A stretch of 55,488 nucleotides of DNA. Source: a virus. Taxonomy: Duplodnaviria; Caudoviricetes. Under the pieces are notes generated by a model. It made no database searches, had not been told where the DNA came from, and worked only from the letters and a program-made list of their open reading frames with translations. Numbering within the stretch: position 1 is the first letter of the stretch; the number at the start of each line of letters is the position of its first letter. A program made the translations under genes and the position numbers. Where the stretch lies: the IMG/VR virus record IMGVR_UViG_3300037586_002804, positions 1 to 55,488 of that record, one strand, 5' to 3'. Positions 1 to 8,719 of the stretch are shown piece by piece.

Positions 1-2
1 CA

Positions 3-221
3 TCAAACGTTATCCCATTCAAGAATCTTTCCGATGTTCTTAATCTGTCCAAGATCGTTAATTTCAAGCCACTCTTCAGTGCCATCCCTCCAACGAATTA
101 GTGCCCTATCTTGTGGGTACATGTCAACGATGACGCCATCCTCTTCCGTTTTTCGGTTAAACACTCTGTCATTGATAAAGAAGTCTGAGAGATAGCTAAT
201 AACTCTTGTTTTTGTCGTCAT
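3..221 (-). CDS. Small SH3/KOW-like family protein (divergent MKVGDLV-family member)
   Basis: ATG at 221 just after upstream stop; pattern F-INDRV...GVIV...LIRWRDG..EWL matches the family. Confidence 0.6.
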   Translation of the reverse strand: MTTKTRVISYLSDFFINDRVFNRKTEEDGVIVDMYPQDRALIRWRDGTEEWLEINDLGQIKNIGKILEWDNV

Positions 222-225
222 GGTT

Positions 226-468
226 CTAAACCCTCTCCGCAACAAGTTTGAGTGATGTCCGAGATACAATAAGCGTGCTGCCATTGCCAACCTTTGAGAA
301 TAGAACGCACCACATTCCTGCCAAACGAGGCAAAATCGCGTCTGAACTCCAGGCATCATAACCCTTCTCACGAATGGTGTAGTCCTGAAAAGACTCAACA
401 ATCACTCCCATACCCCAGTCTTCGCCTTCCAATTCATCATTCAGTTCCACTAAGTCACCGACTTTCAT
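226..468 (-). CDS. MKVGDLV-family SH3/KOW-like mini-protein (array A)
   Basis: MKVGDLV start, GVIV, W.V.F; SD GAGG within the junction. Confidence 0.8.
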   Translation of the reverse strand: MKVGDLVELNDELEGEDWGMGVIVESFQDYTIREKGYDAWSSDAILPRLAGMWCVLFSKVGNGSTLIVSRTSLKLVAERV

Positions 469-682
469 TGCGAACCTCTAAGGCTCGGGTGACATGTCCT
501 GTCATAACAGGATCGCCAGCCCAGAGGACATCGGCTACACACTGACAAGTCTTTCCAATCCAGTTTCTCTCTTCTGCATCGTGTATGCAATAGAGGGAAA
601 TCACAATTCCTGGAGTGTAATTTCCTTCAGGGTTTGAAAAGGGAACGTCACCTTTGTAAATAACTAAATCACCGACTTTCAC
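455..682 (-). CDS. MKVGDLV-family mini-protein (array A), 75 aa
   Basis: True start is GTG at 682 in the junction repeat; ends LEVRNESR*, overlapping the next gene by 14 nt. Confidence 0.8.
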   Translation of the reverse strand: MKVGDLVIYKGDVPFSNPEGNYTPGIVISLYCIHDAEERNWIGKTCQCVADVLWAGDPVMTGHVTRALEVRNESR

Positions 683-842
683 TAACCACCTTCCAGTCAA
701 TCTGAGAGAAATATCTATTGCTGCCGCCAACGTATTTTCCATTGTTGGCGATAATCTTAATCCATTGGATTTCATTGGCAATCATGACTTCCGTAATCAG
801 TCCGACAACATCTCCTCTTTGAACCAAATCACCGACTTTCAC
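669..842 (-). CDS. MKVGDLV-family mini-protein (array A), 57 aa, absent from the ORF track
   Basis: Manual translation: MKVGDLVQRGDVVGLITEVMIANEIQWIKIIANNGKYVGGSNRYFSQIDWKVVSESR*; SD GGAGG. Confidence 0.8.
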   Translation of the reverse strand: MKVGDLVQRGDVVGLITEVMIANEIQWIKIIANNGKYVGGSNRYFSQIDWKVVSESR

Positions 843-999
843 TAATCACCTCCACACGATGCGCGATGATCCAACTTGTGCGCCCGTCATTCCAGTGTAT
901 AAGAGGGAAGCGCCCATGGGTGGAGACATGCCAGCCCACAATAACTCCCAGCAGTCCACACTCCGAGTTAAGGTTGTTTACTAAATCACCGACTTTCAC
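829..999 (-). CDS. MKVGDLV-family mini-protein (array A), 56 aa, absent from the ORF track
   Basis: Manual translation: MKVGDLVNNLNSECGLLGVIVGWHVSTHGRFPLIHWNDGRTSWIIAHRVEVISESR*; SD GGAGG. Confidence 0.8.
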   Translation of the reverse strand: MKVGDLVNNLNSECGLLGVIVGWHVSTHGRFPLIHWNDGRTSWIIAHRVEVISESR

Positions 1000-1183
1000 T
1001 AATCACCTCCAGTTTGGCTGCGTGCCAGTGAGTCACCTTGCCCTTCGTCCAAATCTCTGCCACAGGGACGCACCCGCTGTGTTCTTGGCGGATATTCAGG
1101 ATGATTCCAAGATATTCTTTGCGTTTCCCATAATATTCAGGACTTGTCTTGCTTGTCCATTTTACCAAATCACCGACTTTCAC
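986..1183 (-). CDS. MKVGDLV-family mini-protein (array A), 65 aa
   Basis: GTG at 1183 with GAGGTG SD; ends LEVISESR*. Confidence 0.8.
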   Translation of the reverse strand: MKVGDLVKWTSKTSPEYYGKRKEYLGIILNIRQEHSGCVPVAEIWTKGKVTHWHAAKLEVISESR

Positions 1184-1419
1184 TCTACCACCTCGAAGTT
1201 TCGAGAAGCACAGTTCTCGTTCAGTTTTCCGTCTGCCCAAAGAATGTCAATGCCGGGACCAACAAGAGCGATGAAACGCTCAGGGTAGTCAGGGTTGCGC
1301 TCCCTAACTTTAACGATGAGTCCAATCCTGCTGCTCTTCTTTCTCTGCACTTCGTTGCCAAAGTCGTCATAGAATTTGAGCATCCTGTTTGACTGCCTTA
1401 CTAAATCACCAACTTTCAC
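1180..1419 (-). CDS. MKVGDLV-family mini-protein, first gene of array A
   Basis: MKVGDLV...IGLIV...ILWADG...FEVVE*; directly downstream of a sigma70-type promoter. Confidence 0.8.
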   Translation of the reverse strand: MKVGDLVRQSNRMLKFYDDFGNEVQRKKSSRIGLIVKVRERNPDYPERFIALVGPGIDILWADGKLNENCASRNFEVVE

Positions 1420-1449
1420 AAATTGCCTCTTCGCTCTTTCATTGTATAT

Positions 1450-1478
1450 AATATAACACAGTTGTCAGAGGAAGTCAA
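1450..1478 (-). promoter_or_regulatory. sigma70-type early promoter of array A
   Basis: TTGACT-N17-TATATT with extended TG. Confidence 0.75.
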
Positions 1479-1481
1479 GAA

Positions 1482-1844
1482 TTATTTCTCCATTATCTCC
1501 AAACAATTCTGACTTGTACTTGTGGTGTCCCCATCATTCCAATACAAGACACATTCAGGAACATAGTAAGGGCTCACCGGATTATCTCCATCTTCCCATC
1601 TCGTCTCATGATCGCAGAGTGTCCACCTCACCTTTCGAACGAGTGCTGCTTTCTTTCTACGCATCCAAGGACTTGGGCGTCTCCCAGTCAATATGTCTCG
1701 CTGGATAGAGCGCTTGAACTGAACGAGATCTCCAACCTTGAAGGTAGGCTCTCCTTGTGTCTCATAGGGTAGTTCTTCCGCAGGGAGAGTGATCGGCATG
1801 TGCCTATAGTGAGAATAATGCTTTTCCGAATTCCTCAATCCCAT
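1482..1844 (-). CDS. Protein with internal FKVGDLV SH3/KOW-like domain
   Basis: FKVGDLV...LYWNDG...LEI. Confidence 0.7.
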   Translation of the reverse strand: MGLRNSEKHYSHYRHMPITLPAEELPYETQGEPTFKVGDLVQFKRSIQRDILTGRRPSPWMRRKKAALVRKVRWTLCDHETRWEDGDNPVSPYYVPECVLYWNDGDTTSTSQNCLEIMEK

Positions 1845-2123
1845 TTAGTTCTCCCAGCCTTCATCATCACCCGGAACTGTCTCCGCATATTGTCGCGCCG
1901 TTTGTTGTGCCGTAGCATACTCAGAAGGAGTTAGCACTTTGACTGCGAACGTTCCTTCCTTTTCCGGAACATGAAATAGTCCGAGAAGATCAGATTGATC
2001 AACTTTCAACAAATCTTCCTCCGTGAACTCAATCGATCCGCCGTTCTTTTTGGCAAGTGTAGCGAGGAGCACCATCAAGAAACTTGGATCTTTCAGGAAC
2101 TCATTGGGGTTGTTGCTATTCAT
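1845..2123 (-). CDS. Hypothetical protein
   Basis: ATG at 2123 overlapping upstream gene end. Confidence 0.6.
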   Translation of the reverse strand: MNSNNPNEFLKDPSFLMVLLATLAKKNGGSIEFTEEDLLKVDQSDLLGLFHVPEKEGTFAVKVLTPSEYATAQQTARQYAETVPGDDEGWEN

Positions 2124-2331
2124 CTTCTTTTCCTTTCTTTCGAGATTTGGTAGCTTCAAGAATTTCATCAGTTGTGAGATCATGTGCCTGTTGCAACTGA
2201 AATAGAGATAACTCAATCTCTTCCGTGATATTGTCGCAGTCCTCGACATGAATGGTTTCTGAACTCTCCGGCTTCTTTGGATAGTTCAAGTCAAAGACAT
2301 CAACTTTCTGCTGTTTTGTTCGATTGCTCAT
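2116..2331 (-). CDS. Hypothetical protein
   Basis: ATGA overlap with PMM gene; SD GGAGG. Confidence 0.6.
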   Translation of the reverse strand: MSNRTKQQKVDVFDLNYPKKPESSETIHVEDCDNITEEIELSLFQLQQAHDLTTDEILEATKSRKKGKEDE

Positions 2332-3131
2332 TTTCCCTCCAGTGATGGAATAATGTTATCTTCAATGATACGAATTGTCTCTTCTGGGCTCTCCGTCTTA
2401 AATCGTCGGCAAGTTGGGAGGGCGTTGTAAAGAGCATAATCATTTCCTCCGGGATCGCACCTGTCTCCAACGAAATAGGTGTTGACAGATGTGTCAACAT
2501 GTCGGAGAGCGAATGTCTTGTCCCACCCAGTGGGGTAGATATCGATGCTCGTATTCCCTCCGAGAGCATGAGTGATTCCTGAAACCGATAGATCGCCAAG
2601 AGCGTCCGAGAGTTCCTTTGACAGAGTTTCTCGAATGCCCTGCGCCTTGTCCGCCTTCACAAACTCTGCTCGCTCTTCCGTTGAGGCGTCTCTACCAATC
2701 ATGCACCAGTTGAGCATGCTTCCTCGATATGAGATGAAATTTCCCGTTAGTGGAATGTCGTAGTGCTCTGCAGCTTGAGCTTGAAGTTTGAGGAGAGTCC
2801 AAACTGTCTTCCAGTAATCTCGCCCCTTTAGTTCATTCTTCATGTCAACGGCGCTCACAAGCTCGTAGTCCTTCCGTGAGCGCTTCCAGGTAAATAATTG
2901 AGTTCCGTTACAGGGCATTAACGAGACGCCAGCAGACGCCAAACAGGGACGCCAGAGAGGCATTGCCTGCTCCCTGACATACTCCATTGGACTTCCGGTG
3001 ACGATGCCGATGTCGGCGAGGTGAGATAGCTTCCGAAGACACTTTCCCACCTCTTCCGACATTTGCTCTCGGGCAGGAGTCAAAGTCCCGTCCAAGTCAA
3101 ACAGAACGATGCTGTCTGATTTTGACTTCAT
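2328..3131 (-). CDS. Eukaryotic-type phosphomannomutase (HAD IIB, PMM/Sec53-like)
   Basis: LFDLDGTLT, VTGS, YRGSMLNWCMIGR, GGNTSIDIYPTGWDKT, FVGD...GGNDY motifs. Confidence 0.88.
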   Translation of the reverse strand: MKSKSDSIVLFDLDGTLTPAREQMSEEVGKCLRKLSHLADIGIVTGSPMEYVREQAMPLWRPCLASAGVSLMPCNGTQLFTWKRSRKDYELVSAVDMKNELKGRDYWKTVWTLLKLQAQAAEHYDIPLTGNFISYRGSMLNWCMIGRDASTEERAEFVKADKAQGIRETLSKELSDALGDLSVSGITHALGGNTSIDIYPTGWDKTFALRHVDTSVNTYFVGDRCDPGGNDYALYNALPTCRRFKTESPEETIRIIEDNIIPSLEGK

Positions 3132-3328
3132 TAGAATACCAGCTTAATAGTAGCTGTCGTGAGCGCATAGACGAGAATTAGAATTGCTGTGTTGCGATTG
3201 ACGATTTGATCCACTTGCCTATAGGACTCTTCCCGAAGCGTTGAATTCTCCTCACTTACTTTCTCATATAGTCCGCGATAATATTCATGCAATGCAGCAT
3301 CGATTTTGGGTTGGGATTGTTTACTCAT
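3131..3328 (-). CDS. Small protein with C-terminal TM segment
   Basis: ATG at 3328 overlapping upstream stop; hydrophobic C-terminus. Confidence 0.55.
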   Translation of the reverse strand: MSKQSQPKIDAALHEYYRGLYEKVSEENSTLREESYRQVDQIVNRNTAILILVYALTTATIKLVF

Positions 3329-3624
3329 TTCTTCTCTTCCTTCTCTTGTTGTTCCAGCCATCGCTGTTTTTTGCACGCAGGATCGGTGCAAATTCGGTTC
3401 TTGTCCTTTTTCGTTCCGCTCAACCACCAGTTCCAATGTCCACATTCAAGTCGGTGAGGATGGGTTCTGGTCTTGGGCTCTCTAAATTTAGCATTATCGG
3501 GCGGTAGCTTCTTCGGAGGAGATGTTATGACAGCCTCTTCTGGTTCTGCATTCAAGTTCTGAAGCAACTCTTCGAGCTTTGCCATTTTCTCGCTCAGTTC
3601 TACCTTTGGCTTCTTCTTTGTCAT
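3325..3624 (-). CDS. Hypothetical protein, possible Zn-binding (CGH...CxxxxC)
   Basis: Operonic packing; Cys/His pattern. Confidence 0.6.
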   Translation of the reverse strand: MTKKKPKVELSEKMAKLEELLQNLNAEPEEAVITSPPKKLPPDNAKFREPKTRTHPHRLECGHWNWWLSGTKKDKNRICTDPACKKQRWLEQQEKEEKK

Positions 3625-3836
3625 TAGACGACATTCTCGTCGTCGTGAATCGGATCGTGAAAGGGGCTTACCACCCTTTCGTCTCCGAGATCAAATCCAT
3701 ACATATCATTTTCAGTGTCTGAAGAGTCTCCTGTCCGCTCTATTATCTTGTCCAAGGCATAGCAAGTAATATCTAATGCAGCCCTCCAGGAGACGCCCCA
3801 AGCCCAGCGTGCAGGCTTAAGAAGTTCATTTAACAT
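3624..3836 (-). CDS. Hypothetical protein
   Basis: Operonic packing. Confidence 0.55.
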   Translation of the reverse strand: MLNELLKPARWAWGVSWRAALDITCYALDKIIERTGDSSDTENDMYGFDLGDERVVSPFHDPIHDDENVV

Positions 3837-4071
3837 TTTTCTTCATTCCTCTTTTTCGTTTGTGTTTCTTGGGATAGTCCTCACTGACGGCTCGTCGAAG
3901 TCGAAGGTTCTGCATCTCAAGAGATGCCTTCCATTTCATGATCCGGCGTTTGGCGTTCTCTTCTGTGTCTGGATGGGCTAAAAGCACCTCCGTAATCTTC
4001 GGCACACCATTCTCATCAGGTTCAATTCGATTCTGAATAATTACATATCGTTCTGCTGTTCCAATATCCAT
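3826..4071 (-). CDS. Hypothetical protein
   Basis: TAATG overlap with upstream gene. Confidence 0.6.
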   Translation of the reverse strand: MDIGTAERYVIIQNRIEPDENGVPKITEVLLAHPDTEENAKRRIMKWKASLEMQNLRLRRAVSEDYPKKHKRKRGMKKNVK

Positions 4072-4316
4072 TACATTACCACCTTAAATCCCTTTGCCTT
4101 TAAGCTTTTCAATCTCGCCCATCTCAATGTCTCGATGACTGTCTTGGAATCCATGTCCGAATCAAGTGTGAAGACAGACTTTATTATATCTCCTTTCTTA
4201 TTGTTGACAAAGACGGAGAGCTTGATGTCACCCGATTCGTTATCCACTTGAACTTGAAGATTGATTTTACCCTCTTTGGGATGGAGAGTGATATTATAAC
4301 TATGATTAATCACCAT
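4071..4316 (-). CDS. Hypothetical protein
   Basis: Operonic packing. Confidence 0.6.
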   Translation of the reverse strand: MVINHSYNITLHPKEGKINLQVQVDNESGDIKLSVFVNNKKGDIIKSVFTLDSDMDSKTVIETLRWARLKSLKAKGFKVVM

Positions 4317-4618
4317 TCTTCTCGCGGTTTAATAATACTAACTCCCAGAGGTAATTCTCCCTCGACAACACCACCGTGTTTGACAAGAATAAGATTAACA
4401 ATGGATGCAGGGACATATCCAAATACAGAATTTGTCATATCCTCGTGATCATCATCTTGATAGGGCTTGAGTAGAGATTCATCTCTGCTGGGGAAACCAA
4501 CTTCTACTTTATGGTATCTCTCCGCGTCGTCTATCCGAGGTGAGCAGTATGCAGCTTTATTTGCCTGAACAGACATGGAAAATCCATTGGAACAAATGAC
4601 ATGACGATTATGTTTCAC
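4310..4618 (-). CDS. Conserved phage hypothetical protein
   Basis: C.NGFSMSVQA...YCSPR...VEVGFPS...VFGYVP...KHGG motif set, recalled from phage proteins. Confidence 0.7.
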   Translation of the reverse strand: MKHNRHVICSNGFSMSVQANKAAYCSPRIDDAERYHKVEVGFPSRDESLLKPYQDDDHEDMTNSVFGYVPASIVNLILVKHGGVVEGELPLGVSIIKPREEW

Positions 4619-5683
4619 TTAAGCCTCCTCTCCGGTAAGCAACTCCACGATGAAGGAGCACACTGCTTGTCCGTTGGTGCCGATTGATTGATGGAGGATG
4701 ACGGTATTATCAACGCTCCCTTGTCCGAGGACAGTCCAAAGTTTCATTGCCACTTCGGAAGGCAGAGTCAGGAAGTAATCAGCGAGATTCTGAGCCTGTG
4801 CCTCCGTGAGTTGCTCGGTGAACGCCTTGGTTGCTTCCATCTTTTCGACGAGAGCAGAGTGATTGTTAATTCCAAAGTCCTTGGTTTTGGAGATCAATCC
4901 CTTGTCAAGGATGTCTTCGACGGTGACTTGACGCTCATACTCTTCAATGAAGTCTCGCAAAGCAACGGCAGCCTCGAAGCCAACGAAAGAGTTCGTCAGA
5001 TTATAGACGACGCCCAAATCGGAGCCCTCGCTCAACAAATCGCCTTTAGTGAGGCATTCGCTAAGACGATGCCAGGAGCGACGAGAAGGGTAAACCTTGT
5101 TTGGCTCATAATCGTCGGTGTGCTCCAAATGCATGTGGTTCTGGTTAATGAAGTCCCAGATAACCTCATGAACATTGTCTTGCGCCCAGTTGAGCCAATC
5201 TTCAGTGGTAGGCTCGACATCGAAGACAGTCCAACGATCCAATTCAGCAGGGTCCATTTCGCCAACCTGATATTGGTCGCCGTGTTCGCCGCCGTTGACA
5301 GCGGCAAAGATGAGAGTGTCAGGATGGAGAGAGTATCCCGCGAGTTTGCGAGAGTCAGTCAACTCGAAGATCCCCTGGCGGACTTCAGGAGTCGCACGAT
5401 CAACCTCGTCGAGGAAAAGAGCAACAGGGTGCGTACAAGCAGTCTTGTACCACTCAGGCGGGTTCCAAGAGGTAACCTCACCGTCAGTGGAAGGTAGTCC
5501 CAATAAGTCTCCCTCAGTCATTTGTGAGGCACGACGCTCAACTACCGGCAAGCCGATTTCTTTCGCAAGCTGATAAACGACTTCGGACTTGCCAACGCCA
5601 TGGCGTCCGCGAACAAGCACAGGCTTTTTAACTGCAGTAACGTGAGGAACAACTTGGATGAAGGTTGAAAAGTCAATAGCCAT
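4619..5683 (-). CDS. MoxR-like AAA+ ATPase
   Basis: Walker A GRHGVGKS, Walker B LFLDEVDR, MDPAELDRW, PSRRSW. Confidence 0.88.
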   Translation of the reverse strand: MAIDFSTFIQVVPHVTAVKKPVLVRGRHGVGKSEVVYQLAKEIGLPVVERRASQMTEGDLLGLPSTDGEVTSWNPPEWYKTACTHPVALFLDEVDRATPEVRQGIFELTDSRKLAGYSLHPDTLIFAAVNGGEHGDQYQVGEMDPAELDRWTVFDVEPTTEDWLNWAQDNVHEVIWDFINQNHMHLEHTDDYEPNKVYPSRRSWHRLSECLTKGDLLSEGSDLGVVYNLTNSFVGFEAAVALRDFIEEYERQVTVEDILDKGLISKTKDFGINNHSALVEKMEATKAFTEQLTEAQAQNLADYFLTLPSEVAMKLWTVLGQGSVDNTVILHQSIGTNGQAVCSFIVELLTGEEA

Positions 5684-5745
5684 TTTTTACTTCCTTTGGT
5701 TTGGATTTGCCGGGGAACTCTCGCCCCCCTCTTTATTACATATAT

Positions 5746-5773
5746 AATGTATCACGTTCTGGCAGTTTGTCAA
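5746..5773 (-). promoter_or_regulatory. sigma70-type promoter
   Basis: TTGACA-N16-TACATT, A-tract upstream. Confidence 0.65.
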
Positions 5774-5806
5774 AGCTTTTTTTTCGTCTTGACATCAATT
5801 TTACAT

Positions 5807-6541
5807 TTAAAACGGTTCACTGACAAACTTGCTGAGCTTCTCGCTCTCCCAATCGTCGGGGCAGCCGGCGAGAGGCTTTGTGGAATATCCAATAACTGTT
5901 GTCGAGCCATAATCTGGATTTGCCCATCTGCGGTCGTCACTGATAAGTGCAGAGATGAGACAATGTCCTTTTCTGGCACCTAATCCATTTCTCACGTTGT
6001 AAAAGTCTGCAGCGGCGTTGAGCCAATGAACTGTCATCACCGGGACACCAGGATCGTCAATAACAACTTGACTCCAATCGATCTTCTCGATCATTCCGAC
6101 AATCTTGTGCTGAGTGTAGTTACCCTCTTTGTCATAGAACCAGTCAGTAGATTGAATGAGCGATCCCACGCCGATCTTAAGAGCTTTTGCTCTTTCCTGA
6201 ATGGCGTAGCGATATGCTTTGTTCTCGCGGTTCTTCATAGCGAGCCAAGCGTGCCGGCGCTCACAGGTACGTCGATTGTGTCCATCCCCGTCATATCCAC
6301 CATTTTTGCACCAAGAGCATTGTCGGCGACTGCGACGACGGTATCGCTTCGGCTTCTCGAACGGCTCTCCTTCGACTGTTTCTCCGGCTCGTTTTGCATA
6401 GAGTTCAGCATAGTGTCTGCGCGTGTACGGGGGCATATTTGGATCTGTAGCCAGTCTCTTAATGTTTGCTGTCATCTTCTCGCAGGTTGCCCGGTTGTGC
6501 CCGGCATCATAGCAATATCCGCAATGTCTCGATCTTCCCAT
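5807..6541 (-). CDS. Protein with two CCHC zinc-knuckle-like motifs and a possible SH3-like C-terminal domain
   Basis: CGYCYDAGHNRATC and CSWC...GHNRRTC; IGVGSLI...GMI...VHW. Confidence 0.7.
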   Translation of the reverse strand: MGRSRHCGYCYDAGHNRATCEKMTANIKRLATDPNMPPYTRRHYAELYAKRAGETVEGEPFEKPKRYRRRSRRQCSWCKNGGYDGDGHNRRTCERRHAWLAMKNRENKAYRYAIQERAKALKIGVGSLIQSTDWFYDKEGNYTQHKIVGMIEKIDWSQVVIDDPGVPVMTVHWLNAAADFYNVRNGLGARKGHCLISALISDDRRWANPDYGSTTVIGYSTKPLAGCPDDWESEKLSKFVSEPF

Positions 6542-6569
6542 TTCGTACCCCTTTCGTTATTACCTATGT

Positions 6570-6623
6570 AATGTAACCCGTGTGCGCTTCCTGTCCAGCG
6601 AAACATTGTCAAGAGAATGTCAA
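6570..6623 (-). promoter_or_regulatory. Promoter with upstream tandem TTGACA-N5-TTGACA
   Basis: TTGACA TTCTC TTGACA-N9-TGGACA-N16-TACATT. Confidence 0.65.
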
Positions 6624-7834
6624 TCAACCACCAGGACGATTTCTGAAGTAGTAAAATAAGGACGATCAGCATATTCTTTAGTAGTCAGCCAGATGCGGCG
6701 GACTTTACAAGGACCGGGTTTCGGCGCTTCCATGTCTGTGGCAATCACAAGTCCATCAAAATTATGCTTGTTAACATAATCGGTGGGAGCTTGAAAGTCA
6801 GTGCCACCGCAGGAAACTCTCTCCGCTTTAAAGCGTTGCCCCTTCTTCCACACCTTGACGTGATCCAAGGCAACTTCAGTATCAAATGGCACAATCGTAA
6901 AGGTGGCAATCTTGGACAACTTATCCATCGCGGCAAAGATCTTGACGAGCATTGCATCGGAGACAGAGCCAGACTGATCAACAGCGATTGCGATGTTAGC
7001 AGTCCGGGTAATCTTCTTTCCAGCATGGATATATGGGAATCGAGAATTGATTCGACGGACGGTAGATTTCTTATTTGCCCGCTGAGATGTCTTCACAAAA
7101 TAGCGAAGAGCTTTTTCCCAGTTGACTCTCACCTTCATTCGTTCCATGATATCTTTTCGAGTAGAAGAGGAGACGGAACCCCAAGAGCCTGCCTGTGCTG
7201 CCTCCTCGGCTGCTTTCTTAAGAGCTTCCTTCAGTCGCTCCTTTGCAATCTCATTAACAGTGTTATCTCCATCGGCACCATCTGCCCACTGAGAGTGATC
7301 ATCAAAGGAATCAGAAGGCGAGCCTTCTCCAGATTCTCCTTCGCCCTCTTCCTCTTCAGGATCTTGCCAGTTGGCGAGATACCATTCGTAAGTCTTGCCA
7401 TGCTCAGCCCATTCGAAGTTCTTGCCTCCGGGCATGCAGCAGAAGTCAGGAAGCTCTCCAATAAGATGGGAATTGATCGCGAGATCCATACAGATGTTGT
7501 CTTTCTTCGTCATCTTGCCGGAAGGGCGTCGTCCAGTAACATGCTCGAAGATAATGTGGTAGAACTCATGCTTGAGAACGCCAAGCTTCTCTCTCTCAGG
7601 AAGACTATTCATGAAATCTGGATTGTAATAGAGCTTGAACTGTGCCGTCTTCTTGTCGATGGTGACACCAGCAGTTGGGATAGATCTGGTTGACACCTTG
7701 TCAATGCGTCGAGAGAGAGCAGCGAAAAATGGCTCGTTCATCAAGAGGCGAGCGGTGTGCATGTTCAAGTCAAACTTTTCAGCGCTCTTCACGGCGTTCG
7801 TTTCGGACTTTTCGGCTTCATTTTCTTCAGACAT
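6620..7834 (-). CDS. Metallopeptidase-like plus vWA domain protein (DUF2201-type), partner of the AAA ATPase
   Basis: HEFYH motif, AVDQSGS MIDAS, GGTDF, TDM; start revised to 7834 (SD GGAG, own promoter). Confidence 0.85.
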   Translation of the reverse strand: MSEENEAEKSETNAVKSAEKFDLNMHTARLLMNEPFFAALSRRIDKVSTRSIPTAGVTIDKKTAQFKLYYNPDFMNSLPEREKLGVLKHEFYHIIFEHVTGRRPSGKMTKKDNICMDLAINSHLIGELPDFCCMPGGKNFEWAEHGKTYEWYLANWQDPEEEEGEGESGEGSPSDSFDDHSQWADGADGDNTVNEIAKERLKEALKKAAEEAAQAGSWGSVSSSTRKDIMERMKVRVNWEKALRYFVKTSQRANKKSTVRRINSRFPYIHAGKKITRTANIAIAVDQSGSVSDAMLVKIFAAMDKLSKIATFTIVPFDTEVALDHVKVWKKGQRFKAERVSCGGTDFQAPTDYVNKHNFDGLVIATDMEAPKPGPCKVRRIWLTTKEYADRPYFTTSEIVLVVD

Positions 7835-7859
7835 TTCAACTCTCCCTTCTTGTATATGT

Positions 7860-7887
7860 AATGTATCACGCTGCGGCGCTTTGTCAA
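7860..7887 (-). promoter_or_regulatory. sigma70-type promoter
   Basis: TTGACA-N16-TACATT. Confidence 0.65.
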
Positions 7888-7910
7888 GCAGATTTCTCAA
7901 TTATTTCAAT

Positions 7911-8159
7911 CTACCATTCGATTGGATCATTTGCGAGATCGCTCTTCGAATCTTCTCTCGCATCGATTCCGGCTTGGACAAAATCTCCCTCTGCATCATT
8001 CCAATCGCTAAAGTGCCCGGCGTTTTCCGCACGGAGCCAATCGGACAAATTGGTGGCAGCCTCGCGGACAGATGAATTCGTCCCTGGGCTTGTCATCAGG
8101 GAGAATAACCCCTTTTGAATCGTTTCCACTTCCTCGTCCGTCAAAATAGCTTTTACCAT
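7911..8159 (-). CDS. Hypothetical protein
   Basis: SD GGGAG, own promoter. Confidence 0.65.
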   Translation of the reverse strand: MVKAILTDEEVETIQKGLFSLMTSPGTNSSVREAATNLSDWLRAENAGHFSDWNDAEGDFVQAGIDAREDSKSDLANDPIEW

Positions 8160-8190
8160 CTCAGTGCTCCCTCTTTGTTATTACCCCTAT

Positions 8191-8245
8191 AATTTAGCAC
8201 AGAAATGGATAGATGTAAAGAAGTAAGTTGTCAAGAGAGTGTCAA
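8191..8245 (-). promoter_or_regulatory. Promoter with upstream tandem TTGACA-N5-TTGACA
   Basis: TTGACA CTCTC TTGACA-N9-TTTACA-N17-TAAATT. Confidence 0.65.
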
Positions 8246-8448
8246 GAGTCTTCCTTAGTGAGTACGGGCTTGCACCACTCTTTCTTATAGTATACGACTC
8301 TGCCGGTTTTCTGGACGAGGACATCAAATCCCGGAGCGATATATCCAGTCTTAATCTCGTGTATGATAATTCCCAGTCCCTCTTCCATGTCAAAAGATGG
8401 ATATTCCCTGTTCCAGATCCTAACCCTTACCAAATCTCCGACGTTCAT
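8242..8448 (-). CDS. MNVGDLV-family mini-protein
   Basis: MNVGDLV...LGIII...FDVLV. Confidence 0.75.
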   Translation of the reverse strand: MNVGDLVRVRIWNREYPSFDMEEGLGIIIHEIKTGYIAPGFDVLVQKTGRVVYYKKEWCKPVLTKEDS

Positions 8449-8485
8449 TCACTGCTCAATAGCGCCGGGTGAGCATGATTGATAT

Positions 8486-8719
8486 TCATTCATATCGGAT
8501 GCCGGTGTCTGGAAGCACCTCTGTATTTAAGTCACAAGCCATCATTATTTTGTCACCTCTGACGATTAGCGCTCCCTTTGGTACAAGACGGTAAGCAAAG
8601 ATGCCACTGTCCCAGCGGAGAATTTGCCAATCTCGATTATCAAACATGGTTCCCTTCCACCATGCTCCGAAAGCAAAGCCAATGTTTAGAGATATGAATC
8701 CAACAAGAAATACGAACAT
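8486..8719 (-). CDS. Small membrane-anchored protein
   Basis: TAATG overlap at 8719; N-terminal hydrophobic helix. Confidence 0.6.
   Translation of the reverse strand: MFVFLVGFISLNIGFAFGAWWKGTMFDNRDWQILRWDSGIFAYRLVPKGALIVRGDKIMMACDLNTEVLPDTGIRYE

Larger units (their letters stand above)
452..1419 (-). repeat. Array A junction repeats, consensus GAGGTGATTAGTGAAAGTCGGTGATTT
   Basis: Copies at starts 468, 682, 842, 999, 1183, 1419; 29 bp identical at 826-854 and 983-1011. Confidence 0.9.

Noticed and set aside
452-1419. CRISPR array (regularly spaced ~29-bp repeats)
   Set aside because: Intervening segments are about 130-210 bp, variable in length and are intact ORFs; repeats are degenerate and coding; no cas genes in the window.
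4688-7693. Long plus-strand ORFs 4688..5497 and 6764..7693
   Set aside because: Antisense shadows of the AAA and vWA genes, with no motifs or SD.
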